Assembly: GCF_036493135.1 (NCBI RefSeq)
Contig: NZ_DASXQG010000051.1
Span: 5,785 to 69,784, forward strand
DNA: 64,000 bases
Source: Nocardioides sp.
Lineage (GTDB): Bacteria > Actinomycetota > Actinomycetes > Propionibacteriales > Nocardioidaceae
Direction of reading: 5' to 3'
The position numbers and the translations under genes are program-made. Positions 24,339-33,160 of the stretch are shown here, piece after piece (position 1 is the first letter of the stretch; every line of letters begins with the position of its first letter). The notes beneath the pieces were generated by a model, which saw nothing but the letters and a program-made list of their open reading frames with translations, was not told the DNA's origin and did not search any database.

Positions 24339-27047
24339 TCAGTGGGCCATGTCGACGAAGCGGGAGTAGTGGCCCTGGAAGGCGACGACGATGTCGCGGG
24401 TGGGGCCGTTGCGGTGCTTGGCCACGATCAGGTCGGCCTCGCCGGGGCGGGTCGACTCCTTCTCGTAGACGTCGTCGCGGTGGAGCAGGATGACCATGTC
24501 GGCGTCCTGCTCGAGAGAGTTGTGGGCCGCGAGTCCGTTCACCACGAAGTTGTGGGTCTTCAGCACCGTTGCGTCGTACACCGGCTCCGTCCCCGCGGGC
24601 TCGATCGAGGTGATCGAGTCCCAGAAGACGTCGTTGGTCGCGAGAATGTCGAGCTCGGCGTCGTCCAGGACAGCTGCGACCCGAGCCAGCCGCTCGCGGC
24701 TCGGGGCGTGCTTCGACATCGTGGATCCGTAGAACCGGGTGTCCGTCGCGGCGGCGAGCTGCCGGTGGGTCACCTGCTTCTCGGCCAGGACCTCGCGGAC
24801 CCGGCCCCACACCTCCTGGGGCACTGTGTCCAGGTCGGTGTTCGGGTGGAGGTCGCGCAGCTGCTCGGCGAGTGCGGTCGCCTGCGCGCCGCGTTGCCCA
24901 TGGACGCCGATCTCGTCGCAGAAGCGCAGCTGGTTCTCCACGCCGTCGATGGAGAGGTGCCAGGAGTCGCGGCCGCCGGCCTTCTTGACCCGCTTGATCC
25001 GGGCGAAGATGTTGAAGCGGAGCAACAGCCTCGCAACGTCGTCCACCAGGCGACGACTCGTCGAGGCGTAGTCGATCCGGCCGAGCCGGCGCTCGGCGTC
25101 GTACCCGATCGACCCGTCGGTGGCCCAGAGGTGGCGGAGGAAGAGACCGACCTGTTCCTTGGGAAGCCCGAAGACCCAGTCCGGGACGAACCTCTCGTGA
25201 CTCCGGAGTCCGAACAGCGCGTCCTGGTCCAGCCCCGCCGCGATCGGGTGTCGTCGCCCATGAGTCATTCGGTACGGCGCCGCCAGGCGCTGCGTGGTCA
25301 CGCGGGCCGCGGCACACTCGTCCGGCTCGGCCGTGATCCCGAACCGCCGCCGAGCGGCCTCCGACACGGCCGCGAGGTCGGCCCCGTCGATGCTGGCGCA
25401 GCGGATCGGTTGCCGCTTGACGAAGGAGCCCTCACCGAGCAGGTGAGCGAGCAGCACCACCTCGTCGTCGTCGCGGCGTCGGACGTCGAGCGGAGGCGGC
25501 ACGTGACGCAACGAGCCCAACCGCGCGCCGGGAGCCAGCTCTGACAGCGGCATCCACCCGTCGTAGGTGAGGAACTGGTGGTTGCCCGTCGCGCGGATCC
25601 GGCGACCCGACGACAGCGTCAGCTCGAAGACCGGCTTGACGCCGCTGGGAAAGGCATGCGTGAGCGTGCGGGGCACCAGCTTCAGCCGGTCGTCAAGAGA
25701 CCACACCGGCACCTCGGTCGCACCGGACGCCATCAGCTCACCGAGCGTGATCTCGGCGTTCGTGTCGGCGCGCATCAACCTCGTGTCGGCCGTCAGACAT
25801 CCTGACTCGCGCAGGTCGCTCATCATCGGGCGCTTGTCGCCGCGCTGCTCGGGGCCACGGTTGAGCTGCGAGAGGGCGATGATCGGCACCTCGAGCTCCT
25901 TGGCCAGCAGCTTGATCTGGCGCGAAAACTCCGAGACCTCCAGCTGGCGGCTCTCGACCTTGCGGCCGGACGTCATCAGCTGCATGTAGTCGATGACGAT
26001 GAGCCGCAGCTCGTGGCGCTGCTTGAGCCGGCGGGCCTTGGCCCGGATCTCCATCATCGTCATGTTCGGCGAGTCGTCGATGAACAGCGGAGAGCTGGAG
26101 ATCTCGGCCATCTTGCGGGCGAGCTTCTGCCAGTCGTCGTCGTTCAGCTGGCCGTTGCGGATGTGGTTCAGCGGCACCTTCGCCTCGGCGCTCAGCAGGC
26201 GCATGGTGATCTCGGACTTGGTCATCTCCAGGCTGAAGAAGCACGAGGCCATGTTGTTCTGGATGGACGCCGCGCGGCACAGGTCGAGGGCAAGGGTGGA
26301 CTTGCCCATGGCGGGACGCGCCGCGACGATCACCATCTGGCCGTTGTGCAGGCCGTTGGTGAGGTCGTCGAGGTCGGCGAAGCCGGTGGGCACGCCGTAC
26401 AGCCCCGCGTCGCGATTGCCGATCGCCTCGATCTCGTCGAGGACGCCGTCCAGGATGTCGCTCAGCGGCGCGTAGTCCTCCGACGAGCGCCGGTCGGTGA
26501 CCTGGTAGACCTCCGCCTGTGCCGCGTCGACGACGTCGTCGACGATGCCCTGGCCGGCGTATCCCATCTGCACGATGCGGGTGCCGGCGTCGACCAGCCG
26601 CCGCAGGATGGCCTTCTCACGGACGATCTCGGCGTAGTAGCCGGCGTTCGCCGCGATCGGGACGTTGGCCGACAGCGTGTGGAGGTACGGCGCGCCTCCG
26701 ATGCGGGCGAGCTCACCCCGGCGCTGCAGCTCGTTCGCGACGGTGATCGGGTCGGACGGCTCGCCCCGGCCGTAGAGATCGATGATCGCGTCGAAGATGA
26801 CCTCGTGGACCGGACGATAGAAGTCCGCACCCCGGAGCACCTCGCTGACGTCGGCGATGGAGTCCTTCGACAGCAGCATCGAGCCGAGCACGCTCTGCTC
26901 GGCGGCGTTGTCCTGAGGGGGTGTCCGGTCTCCGGGACGGCTCGGCCGCTCACCCGGCTCGTAGGCCGCGGGGCCGTCGCCCCAGTCGTCGCGTGGTGCC
27001 TCAGGAACGCCCGGGACGTCCCACGGCCCCTGCTCCGTGATGCTCAC
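24339..27047 (-). CDS. dnaB: Replicative DNA helicase DnaB precursor (475-aa extein interrupted by a 427-aa intein)
   Basis: ORF 24339..27302. GTG 27047 is preceded by GGAAGGAG. Has PPQDNAAEQSVLGSMLLSKD, Walker A ARPAMGKST, SQLNRGPEQR, and C-extein SLEQDADMVILLHRDDVY... Confidence 0.95.
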   Translation of the reverse strand: MSITEQGPWDVPGVPEAPRDDWGDGPAAYEPGERPSRPGDRTPPQDNAAEQSVLGSMLLSKDSIADVSEVLRGADFYRPVHEVIFDAIIDLYGRGEPSDPITVANELQRRGELARIGGAPYLHTLSANVPIAANAGYYAEIVREKAILRRLVDAGTRIVQMGYAGQGIVDDVVDAAQAEVYQVTDRRSSEDYAPLSDILDGVLDEIEAIGNRDAGLYGVPTGFADLDDLTNGLHNGQMVIVAARPAMGKSTLALDLCRAASIQNNMASCFFSLEMTKSEITMRLLSAEAKVPLNHIRNGQLNDDDWQKLARKMAEISSSPLFIDDSPNMTMMEIRAKARRLKQRHELRLIVIDYMQLMTSGRKVESRQLEVSEFSRQIKLLAKELEVPIIALSQLNRGPEQRGDKRPMMSDLRESGCLTADTRLMRADTNAEITLGELMASGATEVPVWSLDDRLKLVPRTLTHAFPSGVKPVFELTLSSGRRIRATGNHQFLTYDGWMPLSELAPGARLGSLRHVPPPLDVRRRDDDEVVLLAHLLGEGSFVKRQPIRCASIDGADLAAVSEAARRRFGITAEPDECAAARVTTQRLAAPYRMTHGRRHPIAAGLDQDALFGLRSHERFVPDWVFGLPKEQVGLFLRHLWATDGSIGYDAERRLGRIDYASTSRRLVDDVARLLLRFNIFARIKRVKKAGGRDSWHLSIDGVENQLRFCDEIGVHGQRGAQATALAEQLRDLHPNTDLDTVPQEVWGRVREVLAEKQVTHRQLAAATDTRFYGSTMSKHAPSRERLARVAAVLDDAELDILATNDVFWDSITSIEPAGTEPVYDATVLKTHNFVVNGLAAHNSLEQDADMVILLHRDDVYEKESTRPGEADLIVAKHRNGPTRDIVVAFQGHYSRFVDMAH
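24519..25799 (-). mobile_element. DnaB intein with LAGLIDADG homing-endonuclease domain
   Basis: Junctions are DLRESG|CLTADTRL ... NFVVNGLAAHN|SLEQDAD (Cys1, block B TGNH, terminal HN, +1 Ser). LAGLIDADG-like motifs LLAHLLGEGSF and LFLRHLWATDGSI. 427 codons by my count. Confidence 0.9.
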
Positions 27048-27225
27048 GTAGCAGCTCCTTCCGGGGGCACCGCGGGAGCCCCATGCGCCCGGCGGTTGTG
27101 ACGGGTGTGACGCTAGGGGCGACCACCGACAGCGACGACGTACCGTCCCTGCCGAGGGCCCACCCGTTCCCGCCGACCCGTCGACAGGGGAATCTAGGTG
27201 CCGGGCAGGGCGCGTTGGAAGCACG

Positions 27226-27234
27226 TTGTCCACA
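27226..27234 (+). promoter_or_regulatory. Perfect actinobacterial DnaA box TTGTCCACA
   Basis: Exact 9-mer, about 180 bp upstream of the dnaB start. A degenerate inverted box TGGGGATAA lies 5 nt downstream (27240-27248). Confidence 0.5.
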
Positions 27235-27304
27235 GGGGCTGGGGATAACCGCGGTCCGCACGTGGACGACACGCCCCGGGCTGTGGCCGGGCCGGGGGAC
27301 AACG

Positions 27305-27313
27305 TGTGGACAA
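27305..27313 (-). promoter_or_regulatory. Perfect DnaA box (TGTGGACAA, reverse complement of TTGTCCACA)
   Basis: Exact 9-mer in the opposite orientation, 70 bp from the first box. Confidence 0.5.
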
Positions 27314-27511
27314 GGTCGGAGACTCGCGTCTTGTCACGCTCTTGACCTGCACGTATGTGCTTCCACAGGTGTGCAGGCGGAAAAGTCGCCGAATGACTCG
27401 TTCATCTTTTCGCCATCTGGGATTCGCACGTTGGTTTGTCGACACATTGCCCCACCCCTGGTCTGAACGGGGGATATCCACCGCTCATGCACAGGGGTAA
27501 AGAACCCCGGC

Positions 27512-27517
27512 TAACCT
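27512..27517 (+). promoter_or_regulatory. -10-like TAACCT, 7 nt upstream of GTG 27525
   Basis: TANNNT-N7-GTG with no SD. Confidence 0.3.
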
Positions 27518-27524
27518 GACCGCC

Positions 27525-28061
27525 GTGAGGCCGCTCCAGGCCGTGGCCATGGGCCTGGTAATCGTGCTGCTGGCGGCACCCGTGCACGGCTTCGACCTGC
27601 TCCCCGACCCGTTCGGCTGGGTGTTGGTGCTGGTCGGCCTGGCCCAGCTGCCGCTTCCGCAGCGCGGCGGTCTGCGGGCCCTGGCCACGCTCAGCCTGCT
27701 GGTGTCGGTGGTCGTCTGGTTCCCCGAGGTCCGGGACTCGCTCAACGTCACCGACCTCGCCCTGGCCTGGGCGGCCGGGCTCCCCGAGCTGGCCACGGTC
27801 ATCGTGCTGGCCCACGCGCTCGCCCAGCAGGCCCGGCTGGCGGGCGACCAGCGCGCCCGCGCGTGGCTGCAGACCGCGGTGACGCTGTTCGTCGTGGTGG
27901 TCCTCCTGCCGCCCGTGGTGCTCGGCGGCGGTCTCCACGGACTCGACGACGCGTTGGGGGTCGTCGGCAGCATCACCCTGCTGCTCTTCGTCGTCCTGCT
28001 GTTCCGGTACGCCGCCCGCCCCTGGGCCCAACCCACCGCCCCTAGCGCCGAGCAGCGGTGA
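27525..28061 (+). CDS. Integral membrane protein (position equivalent to the hypothetical gene between rplI and dnaB in mycobacteria)
   Basis: ORF 27525..28061. About 5 hydrophobic helices and high GC3. Confidence 0.7.
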   Translation: MRPLQAVAMGLVIVLLAAPVHGFDLLPDPFGWVLVLVGLAQLPLPQRGGLRALATLSLLVSVVVWFPEVRDSLNVTDLALAWAAGLPELATVIVLAHALAQQARLAGDQRARAWLQTAVTLFVVVVLLPPVVLGGGLHGLDDALGVVGSITLLLFVVLLFRYAARPWAQPTAPSAEQR

Positions 28062-28124
28062 GCCGGAACCGCTTCGGCACCCCACAACGGTCCTGGCTCA
28101 CCGCTCCCGCAACACCCGGACGCA

Positions 28125-28162
28125 CCACGGCCCGCCGGGACCGGGGTCCGGGCGGGCCGTGG
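28125..28162. terminator. Bidirectional hairpin (12-bp perfect stem CCACGGCCCGCC/GGCGGGCCGTGG)
   Basis: Lies between the convergent membrane-protein stop (28061) and the rplI stop (28176). Confidence 0.6.
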
Positions 28163-28175
28163 CGAGGTGGATGGG

Positions 28176-28622
28176 TCAGGCGGGGATGACGTTGAGCGAC
28201 ACCGTCGCCGAGACCTCGTCGTGGAGACGTACCGACACCGAGTGGGCGCCGAGCGTCTTGATCGGGTTGGCCAGCGCGATGGTGCGACGGTCGACGTCCT
28301 CACCGACGACGCCGGCGATGGCGCCCGCGATCTCGGTGGTCGTGACGGCGCCGAACAGGCGACCGGCCGAGCCGGCCTTGACCTTCACGTCGACCGGGGC
28401 GGACTCGAGCTTGCCCTTCAACTGGTCGGCGTGCTCCTGGTCGCGGACGGCGCGCGAGGAACGGGCGGTCTTGATCGACTCCACGGTCTTCTCACCGCCA
28501 CGGGTCCAGCGGATCGCCACGCCACGCGGCAGGAGGTAGTTGCGGCCGTAGCCGTCCTTCACCTCGACCACGTCGCCGGGCTGTCCGAGGCCGGTGACCT
28601 CCTGGGTCAGGATGATCTTCAT
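28176..28622 (-). CDS. rplI: 50S ribosomal protein L9
   Basis: M72 of ORF 28176..28835. [36 protein letters not shown]. Confidence 0.95.
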   Translation of the reverse strand: MKIILTQEVTGLGQPGDVVEVKDGYGRNYLLPRGVAIRWTRGGEKTVESIKTARSSRAVRDQEHADQLKGKLESAPVDVKVKAGSAGRLFGAVTTTEIAGAIAGVVGEDVDRRTIALANPIKTLGAHSVSVRLHDEVSATVSLNVIPA

Positions 28623-28636
28623 CGTCTCGGCTCCCC

Positions 28637-28873
28637 TCAGCGACCGGTCGAGGTGTACGGCAGCAGCGCGAGCTCGCGGGCGTTCTTCACCGCGATCGCC
28701 ACGTCGCGCTGGTGCTGGACGCAGTTGCCGGTCACCCGACGCGCGCGGATCTTGCCGCGGTCGGAGATGAACTTGCGGAGCAGCGTGGTGTCCTTGTAGT
28801 CGACACCGGTCGCCTTCTCCTTGCAGAACTGGCAAACCTTCTTCTTCGGCTTGCGCATGACTGCCTTGGCCAT
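28637..28873 (-). CDS. rpsR: 30S ribosomal protein S18
   Basis: ORF 28637..28873. [43 protein letters not shown]. Confidence 0.95.
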   Translation of the reverse strand: MAKAVMRKPKKKVCQFCKEKATGVDYKDTTLLRKFISDRGKIRARRVTGNCVQHQRDVAIAVKNARELALLPYTSTGR

Positions 28874-28992
28874 TGTGGTGCTCCCTTTCAGCGAGCCCGG
28901 CCGCTACGAGAGCTGAGCCGGAATGGTGGGCTTGGACTGGTATTCAGTTGTGGGTCCCGCGCGCTCGAAGACTCGATCGACGGGAGTGTGGA

Positions 28993-29541
28993 TCAGAACG
29001 GCGGCTCGTCGGAGCTCACGCCCGGGGTCGCCCAAGGGTCGCTCGCCGGAGCGGCGCCGCCACTCGCGGGCTGCTGCTGGCCCTGCGCCGGCGTCGCCCA
29101 CGGGTCGTTGTCCGAAGGAGCGCCCTGGCCGCCCTGACCGCCCTGCTGGCCGCCGCCGTACGACGAGCCGCCCGACCGCTGCGTCCGCGTCACCTTGGCG
29201 GTGGCGTACTTCAGCGACGGACCGACCTCGTCGACCTGGATCTCGAACACGGTGCGCTTCTCACCCTCACGCGTCTCGTACTGCCGCGAGCGCAGGTTGC
29301 CCTGCACCACGACGCGCATCCCCTTCTGCAGGGACTCCGCGACGTTCTCCGCGGCCTGTCGCCACACCGAGCAGGTCAAGAACAGCGCCTCGCCGTCCTT
29401 CCACTCGTTCGCCTGCTTGTCGAAGGTGCGCGGCGTCGAGGCGATCCGGAAGTTGGCCACCGCGGCCCCCGAGGGCGTGAAGCGGAGCTCGGGGTCGTCG
29501 ACCAGGTTGCCGACCACGGTGATCTGGGTGTCGCCTGCCAT
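28993..29541 (-). CDS. ssb: Single-stranded DNA-binding protein
   Basis: ORF 28993..29541. [28 protein letters not shown], a Gly/Gln-rich tail and C-terminal DEPPF. Confidence 0.95.
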   Translation of the reverse strand: MAGDTQITVVGNLVDDPELRFTPSGAAVANFRIASTPRTFDKQANEWKDGEALFLTCSVWRQAAENVAESLQKGMRVVVQGNLRSRQYETREGEKRTVFEIQVDEVGPSLKYATAKVTRTQRSGGSSYGGGQQGGQGGQGAPSDNDPWATPAQGQQQPASGGAAPASDPWATPGVSSDEPPF

Positions 29542-29627
29542 GTCAGGTCTCCTCGGGAAGTGCGAGTGCGTTCTGGCTCATGTTCGCCGGTGGCACCGAC
29601 AAGCGCCACCATCGATCCACAGGATGC

Positions 29628-29918
29628 TCAGTGAGCGTCCGGCCGCATCACCTTGGTGCGCAGGATCGACTCGTTGAGGCCGAGCTGGCGGTCGAACTCC
29701 TTGACCGTCGCCGGCTCCGCGGTGAGGTTGATGACCGCGTAGATGCCTTCGGCGTTCTTGCGGATCTCGTAGGCCAGGCGGCGCCGGCCCCAGACCTCGA
29801 CGGTCTCGACGCTGCCGCCGTCCTTGCGGATGACGTTGAGGTATTTGTCGAGCGACGGTTCAACCGTCCGCTCCTCGAGACTCGGGTCGAGGATGACCAT
29901 CACTTCATAGGCACGCAC
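29628..29918 (-). CDS. rpsF: 30S ribosomal protein S6
   Basis: GTG 29918 (V44 of ORF 29628..30047) is preceded by GAGGAGGTGGAG. (V)[18 protein letters not shown]... Confidence 0.9.
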   Translation of the reverse strand: MRAYEVMVILDPSLEERTVEPSLDKYLNVIRKDGGSVETVEVWGRRRLAYEIRKNAEGIYAVINLTAEPATVKEFDRQLGLNESILRTKVMRPDAH

Positions 29919-30116
29919 AGCGGTCTCCACCTCCTCTGGACTAGAGCGGCCACGGACCATCCGTGGCAGGAGGGCTTTGCGTTCTCGTTCAACACACACG
30001 GCGTACGACGCGGGTCGGCCACCGCCGTGTCCGGACGGGCCGGACAACTGCAGAAGATTAGCAGCGCGACGGGCGCCGACCGAATCGGTCGACGCCCGTC
30101 GTAGGTGCTGAACCGG

Positions 30117-30710
30117 TCAGGCGGGACTGGTCGTGGTCGTCGACTCCCGCATCCGCATCACCGACAGCCCGAGGCCTGCCAGCACCGCGATCACCGCGAG
30201 CCAGTAGCCGAAGCCGTGGCCGGTGTCGCACGTGAGGCCACCGAGGCCGCTGACGCTGTTGCAGTCGCCGCCCGGGAAGATGAAGAGGGCGAGGATCAGG
30301 CACACCAGCGAGAGGCCGAACGACCCGACCGCTGCCTGGTGGACCGCTAACGGCAAACTGATGCCGAAGAGCGCGGCCGCCACCACCCCGGCGCCGGCCA
30401 GGGCAACCCAGACCGCGAACCAGCCGAAAAACCCGTGGTACGCCGACCCTGACGTCGAGGCGGAGATACCGGCGGCGCTCACCGACGCGGTGTAGAACGG
30501 CATGAAGCCGGCCAGGAACGCGATCACACCCGCGGCGATGATGCCCAGGTCGAACTTGTGCGCCCCCTGCAGTGCCGAGGTGGCACCGAGTCCGGACTGC
30601 GATCCACCCGAGGGCTCCGGAGCTGCCGGCGGTGGTGTGGCCGAGCCGTCCGGCGGAGGTGAGCCCTCACCCGAAGGCTCGGACGGGTTCTCCCCGTGTT
30701 GGTCAGTCAT
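30117..30710 (-). CDS. Membrane protein with Pro/Ser-rich cytoplasmic N-terminus
   Basis: M44 of ORF 30117..30839. MTDQHGENPSEPSGEGSPPPDG... followed by about 5 TM segments. Confidence 0.6.
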   Translation of the reverse strand: MTDQHGENPSEPSGEGSPPPDGSATPPPAAPEPSGGSQSGLGATSALQGAHKFDLGIIAAGVIAFLAGFMPFYTASVSAAGISASTSGSAYHGFFGWFAVWVALAGAGVVAAALFGISLPLAVHQAAVGSFGLSLVCLILALFIFPGGDCNSVSGLGGLTCDTGHGFGYWLAVIAVLAGLGLSVMRMRESTTTTSPA

Positions 30711-30893
30711 TGGTGTCCTCATTCTCCCGGTTCCGACTGACGGCGCGCCGATCCGGAGCGCCGGTTCCACAGCACAGGAGGAAGGCCCTCGGGCCGTAGA
30801 TACGGAGCAACCTACGGTGCACTGATGGCCCACCACCACTGCCCCACGCCCTTACTTGGGGCGACGACTGACCGTCCTGGAGCGGGTCCGGGT

Positions 30894-32054
30894 TCAGGGC
30901 GTGAGCGCCGCGCAGTAGCCCGCGATCAGCGCGTCGGCGACGGTCGCGACGTACGCGTCATCGGGGAGGTACGACGCGTCGTGCAGCCCACCGCGTTCGG
31001 CGCCGGTGCCGACGAACACCATCAACCCACGCACCTGCTCGCAGTACGCCGCGAAGTCGTCGGACCCGAACGACCGGAAGGTCGGGTCGACCGCGTGGCC
31101 GAGCTCGCTCAGGATCTCGCCGGCGCGTACGGCGAGCCCGACGTCGTTGGCCAGCACCGGCTCGCCCCGGCCGATCGTCACCGACGCGTGACACCCGTAC
31201 CCGGCCGCCACCGACGTCGCGATCTCCTCGATCGCCCGGTGCGCCGTCTCGCGATCGTCGGACCGCATCGTCCGGACCGTCCCGGAGCAGACCGCCCGCG
31301 ACGGCACGACGTTGTCCGCGGTGCCGGCATGCACCTGGGTGACCATGCACGCGACCCCGGCGGTCGGGTCGATCCTGCGTGCGCCCACCTGCTGCAGCGC
31401 CACGACGACCGCCGACACGGCGAGAACGGAGTCGTCGACGGTGTGCGGATAGCCGGAGTGGCCGCCGCGCCCGCTGACCTCGACCCGGAACGCGTCCATC
31501 GCGGCGTTCACCGGCCCCGGCGTCACCGCGATCACACCGGTGTCGACGCGCGGCTGCACGTGGGCGGCCACCACCGCCTCGATCCCGTCGAGCCCGCCCT
31601 CGTCGACGATGTCCTTCGCCCCGGAGTCGACGCCCTCCTCGCGAGGCTGGAGCACGGCGACCAGCGGACGGGGCAGATCGATCGTTGCGGCCGCACGGAC
31701 CACGGCCGCCAGCCCCGAGAGGTGGACGTCGTGCCCACACGCATGCATCGCGCCGTTCGTCGACGCCCACGGCGCGCCGGTGGTCTCCTCGACCGGCAGG
31801 CCGTCGAGCTCGGCCCGCACCGCGATCGCCAGACCTGTGCTGCCGGGCAGTGGCAACAGCCGCCCGGTCTGTGCCACCACCGAGCCGTCACCGAGGCCGA
31901 TCCAGTCGACCACGGTCTGCGCGGTCGGAGTCTCGTGCCCACCCAGCGCCGGAGAGGCGTGCAGCTCGTGCCGCAGCGCGACGGCGTCCGGGAGCAGGGC
32001 CTGCACGGCGGCCCGCCACCGTGACGCCAGCTCGTCGGTCGCCGGGCCCATCAC
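30894..32054 (-). CDS. M20D-family amidohydrolase (N-acyl-amino-acid/hippurate hydrolase type)
   Basis: ORF 30894..32054. Has LHASPALGGHE, NGAMHACGHDVH, and PREEG..GAKDIV. Confidence 0.8.
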   Translation of the reverse strand: MMGPATDELASRWRAAVQALLPDAVALRHELHASPALGGHETPTAQTVVDWIGLGDGSVVAQTGRLLPLPGSTGLAIAVRAELDGLPVEETTGAPWASTNGAMHACGHDVHLSGLAAVVRAAATIDLPRPLVAVLQPREEGVDSGAKDIVDEGGLDGIEAVVAAHVQPRVDTGVIAVTPGPVNAAMDAFRVEVSGRGGHSGYPHTVDDSVLAVSAVVVALQQVGARRIDPTAGVACMVTQVHAGTADNVVPSRAVCSGTVRTMRSDDRETAHRAIEEIATSVAAGYGCHASVTIGRGEPVLANDVGLAVRAGEILSELGHAVDPTFRSFGSDDFAAYCEQVRGLMVFVGTGAERGGLHDASYLPDDAYVATVADALIAGYCAALTP

Positions 32055-33160
32055 AGGGCGTAGGCCCGCCGTGCGTTCTCGCGGCCGACCAGCGCCGCGA
32101 CGTACGCCGCGTCGTCCGACGTCGCATCGCCCGAGGCCACGAGCTCGCCGAGCACCGTCGACATCGAGCGGCGGAAAAGCAGGGCGCCCAGCCGGTAGAG
32201 CTCCGCCAGTCCGTAGGCGTCGGAGGAGAACAGCAGCTTCCCGAACGGCACGAGCTCGAGGGTCTCACGCAGCACCCCGGTCGACAGAGCCCCCGTGTTG
32301 TGGGTGGTCAGGCCGAGGTCCATGAAGACGTGGTCGAAGACCTGGGCGAGGTACGCCGCCTGCCGGTGGTAGGGCCAGTTGTGCAGCAGCAGCACCGGCA
32401 CCCCGCGCTCCTCGGTGGCGCGCAGGAACGCCGTCAGGCGCAGCGGGTCGCAGTCGAGCAGGTCGAGGTCGCTGTCGCCGTACCCCACGTGGAACTGCAA
32501 CGGCAGCCCGACCTCGATCGCGGTGTGCGCGAGCCAGCTGCTGACCGTCCGGTCGGCCAGGCGGCGGCCGTCGACCCTCGACAAGGCCCGCCGCAGCTCG
32601 TCATCCGACGGCTTGGTGGCCGGCAGCTCGAGCCCGACGCGGTACGCCGCGATGCTCTTCGCCCCGACCGCGCCGGCCTTCCGCGCGGCGCGCAACCGGT
32701 CCTCGACCTCTCCGGGGAAGCTTCGGCTGCCCGTCGCCAGCACCCGCTCGGCGAGCCGCTCGAGCCGGACCACCTCGTATGCCGTACCACCGCACAGCGC
32801 CGCCAGCTCATCCATCGGCGTCAGCCCGTCCGGCCCGAGCCCGGTGTCGATCAGGAGGGTCCCGATGCCCGCGGCCCCCATCAACCGTCGGCTGACCTCG
32901 GCGCCGCCGAGCTCGGTACGCCGGGCCAGGTACGCGTCGGCCGGCACCAACGGCTCCAGGTCGAGCAGCGGCGCGCAATGTCGGCGGATCGCCCAGCCCA
33001 GCGTGGAGTCGAACAACGTGGTCCCGAGCGGCGCCGCGCGGACGGCCTCGTTCATCAGCCCCTCGAACGCGGGACGGTCCAGATCGGCGGTGAGGATGCC
33101 GTGGCAGTGGTGGTCGACCAGGTCGACCAGGTGGGCGGTGAGGTCCGCGGCGTCAGCCAC
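32051..33160 (-). CDS. Metal-dependent TIM-barrel amidohydrolase family protein
   Basis: ORF 32051..33160. N-terminal VDLVDHHCHG (HxH-type) and later LQFHVGYGDSDLD. Has a 4-nt overlap with the M20 gene. Confidence 0.6.
   Translation of the reverse strand: MADAADLTAHLVDLVDHHCHGILTADLDRPAFEGLMNEAVRAAPLGTTLFDSTLGWAIRRHCAPLLDLEPLVPADAYLARRTELGGAEVSRRLMGAAGIGTLLIDTGLGPDGLTPMDELAALCGGTAYEVVRLERLAERVLATGSRSFPGEVEDRLRAARKAGAVGAKSIAAYRVGLELPATKPSDDELRRALSRVDGRRLADRTVSSWLAHTAIEVGLPLQFHVGYGDSDLDLLDCDPLRLTAFLRATEERGVPVLLLHNWPYHRQAAYLAQVFDHVFMDLGLTTHNTGALSTGVLRETLELVPFGKLLFSSDAYGLAELYRLGALLFRRSMSTVLGELVASGDATSDDAAYVAALVGRENARRAYAL

Noticed and set aside
27048-27524. Could this DnaA-box-rich region be oriC?
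   Set aside because: No dnaA or dnaN gene is adjacent, there are only two perfect boxes, and there is no obvious AT-rich unwinding element. It is more consistent with dnaB regulation or a secondary DnaA-binding locus.
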